DNA of 26,426 nucleotides from a virus. Taxonomy: Duplodnaviria; Heunggongvirae; Uroviricota; Caudoviricetes. The stretch lies in IMG/VR virus record IMGVR_UViG_2540341016_000013; one strand, 5' to 3'. How positions within the stretch are numbered: position 1 is the stretch's first letter; every line of letters begins with the position of its first letter. The position numbers and the translations under genes were made by a program. Below the pieces are notes generated by a model. It saw nothing but the letters and a program-made list of their open reading frames with translations. It was not told the origin of the DNA and searched no databases. Of this stretch, positions 1 through 7,122 are shown one piece after another.

Positions 1-296
1 ATCCATATCACCACGTCAAAGGGTGACAGCAGGCTCATAAGACGCCCCAGCGTCGCCATAGTGCGTTCACCGAATACGTGCGCAACAACCGTCTTCCGGA
101 GCCTGTCATACGCGTAAAACAGCCAGCGCTGGCGCGATTTAGCCCCGACATAGCCCCACTGTTCGTCCATTTCCGCGCAGACGATGACGTCACTGCCCGG
201 CTGTATGCGCGAGGTTACCGACTGCGGCCTGAGTTTTTTAAGTGACGTAAAATCGTGTTGAGGCCAACGCCCATAATGCGGGCTGTTGCCCGGCAT
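1..296 (-). CDS. insB: IS1 transposase InsB, 5' part only (3' end lies beyond the window start)
   Basis: Start ATGCCGGGCAACAGCCCGCATTATGGG (reverse complement of 270-296) overlaps the insA 3' end in the usual IS1 insA/insB frameshift arrangement; open to the window edge. Confidence 0.85.
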   Translation of the reverse strand, partial: MPGNSPHYGRWPQHDFTSLKKLRPQSVTSRIQPGSDVIVCAEMDEQWGYVGAKSRQRWLFYAYDRLRKTVVAHVFGERTMATLGRLMSLLSPFDVVIW

Positions 297-490
297 CCAA
301 CGCCATTCATGGCCATATCAATGATTTTCTGGTGCGTACCGGGTTGAGAAGCAGTGTAAGTGAACTGCAGTTGCCATGTTTTACGGCAGTGAGAGCAGAG
401 ATAGTGCTGATGTCCGGCAGTGCTTTTGCCGTTACGCACCACCCCGTCAGTAGCTGAACAGGAGGGACAGCTGATAGAAACAGAAGCCAC
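215..490 (-). CDS. insA: IS1 transposase protein InsA
   Basis: 91-aa [31 protein letters not shown]... with the CxxC...CxxC zinc-finger N-terminus typical of IS1 InsA. Confidence 0.95.
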   Translation of the reverse strand: MASVSISCPSCSATDGVVRNGKSTAGHQHYLCSHCRKTWQLQFTYTASQPGTHQKIIDMAMNGVGCRATARIMGVGLNTILRHLKNSGRSR

Positions 491-522
491 TGGAGCACCT
501 CAAAAACACCATCATACACTAA

Positions 523-545
523 ATCAGTAAGTTGGCAGCATCACC
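523..545. repeat. IS1 terminal inverted repeat (insA-proximal end)
   Basis: Sequence atcagtaagttggcagcatcacc is the reverse complement of the IS1 terminal IR; host sequence starts at 546. Confidence 0.85.
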
Positions 546-1309
546 CAAAGCCCTGACGATCAACATCGACCATTACGGTGGCATTCGGTTTATTGCCTGT
601 CAGATAATAATAATCAACAACCGTCATACCCTGGGTATATTTCCCCTGTGTTTCCACGCCAACCCAGCGCTCAACAGAGGTAAATAACTCCGGTTTCAAC
701 AGCCAGGCGATGGTGCATGGGTCATGCAGTGGTGCGCCGACAAAGCCCCATTTTTCGTCTTTATGATATTCGAGGAAGAAATCCAGCAGTTCGGCAACAA
801 TGGTTGAAACAGGGTTGCCAATCGCGCGGAAACGCTCAGTGTCTTCAACGTGGATTTGTGCTTTGTGAGTAACATCCAGACCGGCCATCACCACCGGGAT
901 CCCTGACTGGAAGACAATTTCTGCCGCTTCCGGGTCAACGTAAATATTAAATTCAGCCGCAGGCGTCCAATTACCCAGCCCCATTGCGCCGCCCATAATC
1001 ACGATACGGGCAATTTTGCTATGCAGTTCCGGATGGCTATTGAGCAGCAAGGCAACGTTAGTTTGCGGTCCGGTAGACACAATCGTGACAGGTTCCGCAC
1101 TTTCGCGCAGCGTTTTCGCCATCAGCTCTACCGCCGTACAGTTTTGCGGTGCGAACGTCGGTTCCGGTAATGCCGGGCCATCCAGACCGCTTTCGCCGTG
1201 CACATTGTCCGCGATAATCAACTCACGCATTAACGGTTTTACCGCACCGCCTGCTACCGGAATATCGGTGCGATTAAGCAAGGTCAGCATACGCAGAACA
1301 TTGCGTAAG
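546..1309 (-). pseudogene. rihA: IU-nucleoside hydrolase family gene fragment (RihA-like), truncated at both ends
   Basis: ORF 541-1290 translates to a ribonucleoside hydrolase with the GPQTN motif. Its C-terminus ends ...DVDRQGFG then a TGA supplied by the IS1 terminus. Upstream of 1309 the frame stays open but lacks the N-terminal DxDPGxDD calcium-binding motif, so the 5' end is also missing. The rihA paralog assignment is from memory. Confidence 0.7.
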
Positions 1310-1353
1310 TGATGCGCCGCGCGATAAATGCACTCTATCTTGTGCGATAAATG
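1310..1353. repeat. Prophage terminal transposase-binding-like repeats (Mu attR R1/R2-like)
   Basis: TGATGCGCCGCGCGATAAATGC followed by ACTCTATCTTGTGCGATAAATG: two adjacent 22-bp units sharing GCGATAAATG, starting with TG exactly where hydrolase homology stops. Resembles the Mu right end as I recall it. Confidence 0.6.
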
Positions 1354-1387
1354 GCATCCACGCGGCGTTTCATTATTTGAAAAAGAA

Positions 1388-1960
1388 TTACATTTCAGGT
1401 TGCGTTATGACAGTCCCAACAGGGTGATAGCGGTAGATCGTTGACAGTCCAATATCATAGATAATTGCCAGCCGCTTTCTGTCATACCCTTTCTGGAGCA
1501 ATCTTGCGATCTGCTCATGCTGCTCCTTCGTCAGTTTCGGGCGACGTCCTCCAACTCTTCCTTGTGCTCGCGCAGCAGCCAGTCCTGCCAGCGTGCGCTC
1601 AACTATCAGTTCACGCTCCATTTCTGCCAGTGCACCCATCATATGAAAAAAGAACCTTCCCATCGGAGTGCTGGTATCGATTGAATCCGTCAGACTGCGA
1701 AAATTGACACCTTTTGCGCGTAGCTCTTCTGTGAGAGCAATGAGGTGTTTCATTCTTCTACCCAACCGATCCAGCTTCCAGACCACCAATGTATCCCCTC
1801 TTTTAAGGCACTTTAAAGCGCGTTTCAGGCCTGGTCGTTCCGACTTGGTTCCGCTCATTTTGTCCTCAAAAATCTGTTCACATCCTGCGCACATTAATGC
1901 ATTGCGTTGCAAATCTATGTTTTGGTCATTTGTTGACACACGTATGTAGCCAATCAGCAT
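1388..1960 (-). CDS. Serine DNA invertase (Gin/Hin/Cin/Pin family)
   Basis: [22 protein letters not shown]...[10 protein letters not shown]...[21 protein letters not shown] is a resolvase/invertase catalytic domain with a C-terminal HTH. Start taken at the internal ATG 1958-1960, which has an AAGGGAG SD; the longer ORF N-terminus looks like out-of-gene read-through. Confidence 0.9.
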   Translation of the reverse strand: MLIGYIRVSTNDQNIDLQRNALMCAGCEQIFEDKMSGTKSERPGLKRALKCLKRGDTLVVWKLDRLGRRMKHLIALTEELRAKGVNFRSLTDSIDTSTPMGRFFFHMMGALAEMERELIVERTLAGLAAARAQGRVGGRRPKLTKEQHEQIARLLQKGYDRKRLAIIYDIGLSTIYRYHPVGTVITQPEM

Positions 1961-2014
1961 TAAAAATACTCCCTTTTGAGTGGTTAAAGTACTGAGATAA
2001 TGTGGGGAGGATTT

Positions 2015-2040
2015 GAGAGATAAACGTTGGTTTGGGGGAA
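2015..2040. other. Left recombination crossover site (hix/gix-like) of the invertible segment
   Basis: Reverse complement TTCCCCCAAACC-AA-CGTTTATCTCTC; the shared half TTCCCCCAAACC plus AA core resembles the hix/gix half-site (AAACC-AA-GG). Sits at the outer boundary of the left inverted repeat. Confidence 0.5.
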
Positions 2041-2226
2041 GGCTCTGCATTGCCTGTTGGTGTACCGGTTCCATGGCCCACCGCCACACCGCCAGCAGGC
2101 TGGTTAAAGTGCGACGGGCGCGCCTTTACAAAAGAACAATATCCTGTTCTGGCCAGAGTCTACCCGACCCTCCGTCTTCCCGATTTACGCGGTGAGTTTA
2201 TCCGTGGATGGGACGACGGGCGCAAA
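2027..2226. repeat. Left 200-bp inverted repeat of the invertible tail-fiber segment
   Basis: Identical by eye to the reverse complement of 3445-3644; encodes GEGSALPVGVPVPWPTATPPAGWLKCDGRAFTKEQYPVLARVYPTLRLPDLRGEFIRGWDDGRK in both copies. Confidence 0.85.
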
Positions 2227-2544
2227 GTTGATACAGGACGTAAGTTGCTGTCCGCACAAGGGGCAACGCTGTTAAGAACAGCAATGCTGGATTATTATAA
2301 CCAGGACACTACGGGAACCTCGGGGATAGTCGGCATGGGATTCAACAATGAAGATTCCATTACAGACCTTCGTGAGGGCAGCTTTAAAATGCCGGACGGG
2401 ACAACATTCAGCGATCCTGTCGTGGCAATGTCAGACAATGGTATGCAGGCTACTATTCTGACCTCTATCAGAAGCGGGTATGCGAAGGGTATCACTGTCA
2501 GACCCCGTAGCATTGCACTTAATTACATTGTGAGGGCAGTTTAA
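2032..2544 (+). CDS. Alternative tail-fiber C-terminal cassette (Sv-prime), promoterless in this orientation
   Basis: Frame opens inside the left IR with no genuine start (the listed M is TTG); after the shared IR-encoded region it diverges into a distinct C-terminal domain ending ...IALNYIVRAV; stop overlaps the tfa start (TAATG). Confidence 0.7.
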   Translation: MGEGSALPVGVPVPWPTATPPAGWLKCDGRAFTKEQYPVLARVYPTLRLPDLRGEFIRGWDDGRKVDTGRKLLSAQGATLLRTAMLDYYNQDTTGTSGIVGMGFNNEDSITDLREGSFKMPDGTTFSDPVVAMSDNGMQATILTSIRSGYAKGITVRPRSIALNYIVRAV

Positions 2545-3158
2545 TGAGTAACACTGCAGTTCTGGATGAAAACGGTATCGCCACTGTAGCGGGCGATATC
2601 ACTGTATATCACTATGACGAGGAAACCCGGGAATACACCTCATCCTCTGTGGAGTATCTCGCCCTTGGGGTGGGTACTCCGGCACATTCGTGCGCCGATG
2701 CACCGCCGGAGGCAATTTCGGGTTACGTGGTTTGCCGGACTGCCACGCTGAACGGGTGGGAGCATGTGCCTGATCACCGCGGCGAGACGGTATACAGCAC
2801 GGAGAACGGTAACCCTGTTCTGATTACCCAACCGGGTGATTACCCGGCGGACACCACCACAAAACAGCCAGCCACGCCATGGGATACCTGGAACGGTGAG
2901 GCGTGGGTAACCGATACTGAACGGCAGCGAGCCGCAGAACTGGAGGTTGCCAGACAGCAACGCCAGCAACGGGTGAAACAGGCGATGGCGTCAGTCGATC
3001 TTATCAACCTCAAACTGCGTGCTGGTCGCAGTCTGACACCAGAAGAAACGGCAAAACTGAACGCCGTGCTGGATTATATCGACGAGCTGAACGCACTGGA
3101 TATCAGCACGGCACCTGAAATCAGCTGGCCGGAAGCGCCACTGGCACTTGCCAGTTGA
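2544..3158 (+). CDS. Tail fiber assembly protein (Tfa/U-like chaperone)
   Basis: 204-aa ORF directly coupled to the Sv-prime cassette; N-terminal MSNTAVLDENGIATVAGDITVYHYDEETREYT resembles phage Tfa chaperones. Confidence 0.75.
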   Translation: MSNTAVLDENGIATVAGDITVYHYDEETREYTSSSVEYLALGVGTPAHSCADAPPEAISGYVVCRTATLNGWEHVPDHRGETVYSTENGNPVLITQPGDYPADTTTKQPATPWDTWNGEAWVTDTERQRAAELEVARQQRQQRVKQAMASVDLINLKLRAGRSLTPEETAKLNAVLDYIDELNALDISTAPEISWPEAPLALAS

Positions 3159-3164
3159 ACGGTA

Positions 3165-4456
3165 TCACGCCGCCCTCACGATATAGTTAAACGCGATATT
3201 GCGGGGGCGGGTTATGTTAAAGAATGCTCCGTTTAATTCGGCTTTTGCGCGACTGTTTGTTCCACCCAGAATTACGTACCACAAATAATCGCTACGGTAA
3301 TTCCCCGCAAACACCTTATCGCCGCCATAGTCAATATTATTTCCGTTACTCATGTACGAGATATCAAGCGAAGAATCGTTATCGTCATGACCGCCGACCA
3401 GTGTACCTTTCTGCCATGAAAGCAACTTACGCCCCTCGTCAATCTTGCGCCCGTCGTCCCATCCACGGATAAACTCACCGCGTAAATCGGGAAGACGGAG
3501 GGTCGGGTAGACTCTGGCCAGAACAGGATATTGTTCTTTTGTAAAGGCGCGCCCGTCGCACTTTAACCAGCCTGCTGGCGGTGTGGCGGTGGGCCATGGA
3601 ACCGGTACACCAACAGGCAATGCAGAGCCTTCCCCCAAACCAAGGTAATTGAGGACATCTTTTATACTGCCCTTAGCGATAATAGCGCGACCAATAGCTG
3701 TAAGGGTTGCCAGCGCTGCGCGGTCTGCTCCGGTAAAATAAGGCAACCGATCTGCTGCAGTGGCAAGTCCTGCCAGAGCAGTGAGCGTGGCATCTGCCGG
3801 TTGTTTTCCGTTTGCCAGATCGTATGCAGCCTTGACCGCTTTCGGTGTGGCGGCCAGTATTTCAGACGTGCTGTTGATGGCACTGCTCAGTTGTACGGTG
3901 CCTTTTGCCGTCAGCGAGGCAGCAGGCACTCCCGTTATCTGACTCCACGGGTGAGTGTGGCTGACGGGCGCCTTGCCGGCTGCAAGGTCGTATGCAGCCT
4001 TGACCGCCTTCGGCGTGGCAGCCTCAGTTTCTGATTGACTGTCCGTGGCGCTGCTCAGTTGTACGGTGCCTTTTGCCGTCAGTGAAGCCGCAGGCACTCC
4101 CGTTATCTGACTCCACGGGTGAGTGTGGCTGGCAGGCGCCTTGCCGGCTGCCAGGTCGTATGCAGCCTTGACCGCTTTTGGTGTGGCGGCCAGCGTTTCA
4201 GAGGTGCTGTTGGTGGCACTGCTCAGTTGGGTGAACCCCTTAGCTGTCAGTGTCGCGTCCGGGTGGTTACGGGAACGTACGTGTTCAGCCAGTGACTGTG
4301 CGGCTTCCTCCGTTTTCTTCTTCAGCCATTTCGTCCTGTTTGCCAGTTGCCGGGGGCTCGATTTGATATCCCGTCTGCACCACCCAGAACCGGATCTGAT
4401 GTCTCCAGTTGATAGATATTTTCTTCCCACTTTTCTGTTTCATTCAGGTTTCCCAT
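3165..4456 (-). CDS. Tail fiber protein (P2 gpH / Mu S-like), currently fused to the Sv cassette; apparently frameshifted near the N-terminus
   Basis: ORF 3165-4430 has P2 H-like shaft repeats and a C-terminus ...NIAFNYIVRAA. The only ATG with coupling to the upstream gene is at 4454-4456 (MGNLNETEKWEENIYQLETSDPVLGGADGISNRAP...), which is one frame off and joins the long frame at a 5-nt homopolymer (4352-4356). Confidence 0.8.
3445..3644. repeat. Right 200-bp inverted repeat of the invertible segment
   Basis: Reverse complement matches 2027-2226; lies inside the expressed tail fiber gene. Confidence 0.85.
3631..3656. other. Right recombination crossover site (hix/gix-like)
   Basis: TTCCCCCAAACC-AA-GGTAATTGAGGA; the AAACCAAGGT core matches the hix-type centre as I recall it; at the outer boundary of the right IR. 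Confidence 0.5.
3783..4247. repeat. About 2.8 tandem 168-bp (56-aa) repeats in the tail fiber shaft
   Basis: cgtatgcagccttgaccgc recurs at 3821, 3989 and 4157 (period 168); protein repeats TAKG(F/T)(T/V)QLSSA...AATPKAVKAAYDLAAGKAP(A/V)SHTHPWSQITGVPAASL. Confidence 0.8.
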
Positions 4457-4458
4457 AA

Positions 4459-5037
4459 TCAACTGCTCCCGTGGTTATAACTGCCATCATGGATGGCGGT
4501 ATTGTTATAGCGAATGGCCACAGACTGATACTCCAGGCTGGCCAGATGGCAGCGGGCCGGTGCAAATGCAGCCAGCGTCTGACGCAGCATCGCGGCCTGA
4601 TCGTTAGTAATGGGCTGTTTCAGAATAACGCGATAAACTGCCCAGGCGGCTGCATCTCCATGAACAAACAGTCCGTTATAGCTGCGATTGCCGTCGTAAC
4701 TGAGACGACCTGTGCCTTCAATCAGATCCACTTCACCAAAGCCAAAACGGCGGATAACTTCCCGGATTGACCACGGCGTCCCTTTATACCGGTGCAGTTC
4801 GATGGCTGCTTTTATAAGCATGCGGCGAACATCGTCCGATTCCGCCAGCTCCCAGCCATCGCCAGACAGTGAGAACTGCTCGCCCAGCCATGGCAGCGCG
4901 GAACTGTCGACGATATCGACGAGAAAGACCATCAGTACGCTCAGGTCGATGTTATCCAGCCGTCCTGCCAGTCTTCCCAGCGTCCTGAGACTGATATCAC
5001 CCTCAAGCGGTGGCGGGAGTTGTAATGGCTCAGTCAT
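4459..5037 (-). CDS. Baseplate/tail protein I-like (P2 gpI family)
   Basis: 192 aa, position between the J-like and fiber genes; N-terminal MTEPLQLPPPLEGDISLRTL pattern fits gpI. Confidence 0.75.
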   Translation of the reverse strand: MTEPLQLPPPLEGDISLRTLGRLAGRLDNIDLSVLMVFLVDIVDSSALPWLGEQFSLSGDGWELAESDDVRRMLIKAAIELHRYKGTPWSIREVIRRFGFGEVDLIEGTGRLSYDGNRSYNGLFVHGDAAAWAVYRVILKQPITNDQAAMLRQTLAAFAPARCHLASLEYQSVAIRYNNTAIHDGSYNHGSS

Positions 5038-6133
5038 CAGACACTCCAGTCATGTTAAGAGTGATTGCCGTACAGTTTGCCCATTCGTTTTCTGCCACCA
5101 CCCGCAGTGCCGGTGTCACCAGTTCAACCTGGTACACCCCGGAAACGGACAATGCACTGATAATCTGGCTGGGGACAATATCGCGCCCCAGCGTGGCGGC
5201 ACGTGATGCCACCCAGTTCTGTATGGCGCTGTTAGCGGCATCTTTTACAGACCTGGCATCCTGATCACGATAGATCGTAATCCTGGCTTCAATGGTGTAA
5301 TCCACCTTCACTGGTGTTTTAGCCCGCACTGTATCAGTGAGTGGCCTGACTTTCTCATCAGAGCAGAAACTCTCTACCAGCGTGAGAACACCGCCGTCCG
5401 GCAGACCGGTACTGAGCAGCGGATACAGATCTACGGTCCCGGGAACCGGGGAAAGCACAGCAACATCGACAATGTTGGGATGGGCCTGCATGGCATGAAA
5501 GCGGTATGCGCCACGGCTTCCGGCATTGGTGAATGACTCCGGGGCCAGCCTGATACGCTCCCGGAGCCTGTCATCGTCTTCCTGTTCTGAACCGCCGGAA
5601 CTGGCCGTCAGATTGCTCACCAGCAGGTCGACGTTATCAATCTCATCGAGTAACTGACTGACCTGCGCAGGTTGCCAGCCGTTACCAGCGGTACCGGGTT
5701 CGGTACAGGTGGACGTGACATTGACCAGCAGCAATCCGGCCTTCAGTACCACATCTGTATCGGTGGCAAAAATAACGCTGTCGGAAGCGCTGACGCGGGT
5801 GCCTGCCGGGATCAGCACATCAATGGCCAGTGCCTCATCTACGGAGAACTGGAGCGTGGTGGTGGCAGGCTGCGCGGCAAGACGGTATACACCAACCAGT
5901 TCACCGAGGTAATCAATCATCGGCTCACGGGCAAAGGCGACCAGATTCTGCTTTGCTGCCTCCTGTACCGCAACCCTGACCAGCATTTCGCGATAGGCCC
6001 ACAGATCAATCAGCAGACGTTCTGCCTGTGCCGGGTACAGCGTTTTGCCGGTATCCGCTTCATACTTCGCAATCATTTCTGCCGTAATTTTGTCGGCATC
6101 GCGTTCAATAAAATCGGGTTCTGTCAGCGCCAT
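5030..6133 (-). CDS. Baseplate assembly protein J-like
   Basis: 367 aa, between the W-like and I-like genes as in P2/Mu baseplate modules. Confidence 0.8.
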   Translation of the reverse strand: MALTEPDFIERDADKITAEMIAKYEADTGKTLYPAQAERLLIDLWAYREMLVRVAVQEAAKQNLVAFAREPMIDYLGELVGVYRLAAQPATTTLQFSVDEALAIDVLIPAGTRVSASDSVIFATDTDVVLKAGLLLVNVTSTCTEPGTAGNGWQPAQVSQLLDEIDNVDLLVSNLTASSGGSEQEDDDRLRERIRLAPESFTNAGSRGAYRFHAMQAHPNIVDVAVLSPVPGTVDLYPLLSTGLPDGGVLTLVESFCSDEKVRPLTDTVRAKTPVKVDYTIEARITIYRDQDARSVKDAANSAIQNWVASRAATLGRDIVPSQIISALSVSGVYQVELVTPALRVVAENEWANCTAITLNMTGVSDD

Positions 6134-6471
6134 AGCAGCTCCTGAGTCCGGGTCTGTCCGTCTGAGCCTTTCCAGCTCACCCGGAGCGTAAGATGTTCGC
6201 CGTCGACGGCGGGTTTAACTGACATAAGCTGGCAGCGGGGCTCCCAGCGCCGGATGGCATCGACGGATTCGCGCACCACATGCGGAATGGCCCGGTCTAC
6301 AGGCCAGTCGATATAAAGATGCAGATTGCTGCCGAACTCCGGGCGATGCGGGTCGCTGCCGCGGGGAGTCCGCAGGATAATTTGAATCGCCTGCCGGATA
6401 TCATCCAGCCCCCGGACAATTTCGCCGGGAGCCTGCAGGGCTGGTTGCCAGAATACTGAGGTTGTTTTCAT
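6124..6471 (-). CDS. Baseplate protein W-like (GPW/gp25 family)
   Basis: 115 aa, typical size and position; overlaps the J-like start by 10 nt. Confidence 0.75.
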   Translation of the reverse strand: MKTTSVFWQPALQAPGEIVRGLDDIRQAIQIILRTPRGSDPHRPEFGSNLHLYIDWPVDRAIPHVVRESVDAIRRWEPRCQLMSVKPAVDGEHLTLRVSWKGSDGQTRTQELLWR

Positions 6472-6525
6472 GGGGGCAGTATTGCCCCCGTGCGGGAACG
6501 CTGATATTAAAGGCGTTTAAAAAGC

Positions 6526-7122
6526 TCAGTGGGAGTGGTGGCTGGAGTTTTCGCCATCAGACAACATACTGCCCGTGGCATGGGCATTCCCTTTAATCTC
6601 GATATTGCCATGGATGGTCGCGGTAACACCTTCACCACCAGAACCCGCCATGCCTCCTTCGTAAATCAGCTTACCCCTGACACGCAGATCTCCGGTAAGT
6701 TCGGTTTCCGGTGCGTCAATCGTGGCTTTCTGTGTTTTCAATACCACATCAGCACCACACTCAATGACAATATGCTCAATGCCGCCCCGGATGGTCAGAG
6801 TGTGCGTCTTCCGGTTGTAGCTGTACTCTGCACCATCAGCAAACCGGGTTCCCCGGATATTTTTGTCACTGAACGGTGGTTTATCGACGTCTGAATACAC
6901 CGCGCCCAGAATAACACCATCCTCGCCGTTGGCATCGAGCAGCACCTCAACCTGCTCCCCCACGTCAGGGAGCCAGTAATCTTTGTTATCCTGGGTATTG
7001 CGCTGCAGCACGTTAAGCCAGTTTGTGCGCAGGTTATCGCATTCAGGCAGACGAACGCGGGCCTGAACCCTGTCGGCATCAACGGCACTGACCGTACCGA
7101 CCTGACGAGTGACACCAGTCAT
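6526..7122 (-). CDS. Baseplate spike protein V-like
   Basis: 198 aa; size and position match gpV/Mu gp45; Gly-rich C-terminal region. Confidence 0.75.
   Translation of the reverse strand: MTGVTRQVGTVSAVDADRVQARVRLPECDNLRTNWLNVLQRNTQDNKDYWLPDVGEQVEVLLDANGEDGVILGAVYSDVDKPPFSDKNIRGTRFADGAEYSYNRKTHTLTIRGGIEHIVIECGADVVLKTQKATIDAPETELTGDLRVRGKLIYEGGMAGSGGEGVTATIHGNIEIKGNAHATGSMLSDGENSSHHSH

Larger units (their letters stand above)
1..545 (-). mobile_element. IS1 insertion sequence, partial (right portion cut by window start)
   Basis: Reverse complement of the IS1 terminus GGTGATGCTGCCAACTTACTGAT ends at 545; insA is complete and insB begins at 296 and runs off the window. Recognised from memory of IS1, not searched. 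Confidence 0.93.
2028..3643. other. Invertible tail-fiber host-range segment (G/C/P-segment analogue)
   Basis: Bounded by 200-bp inverted repeats with hix/gix-like sites at their outer edges, adjacent to a serine invertase gene; carries two alternative tail-fiber C-terminal cassettes and one tfa gene. Confidence 0.8.

Noticed and set aside
307-519. 70-aa ORF inside IS1
   Set aside because: Alternative frame overlapping insA; not a known IS1 product.
4430-4430. GTG at 4428-4430 as the tail fiber start (as in the supplied ORF track)
   Set aside because: No SD upstream, an implausible W/C/R-rich N-terminus, and a better ATG (4454-4456) with translational coupling in the adjacent frame; a frameshift is the more likely explanation.
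6795-7115. 106-aa minus-strand ORF overlapping the V-like gene
   Set aside because: Alternate frame wholly inside the V-like spike gene, with Cys-rich junk composition.
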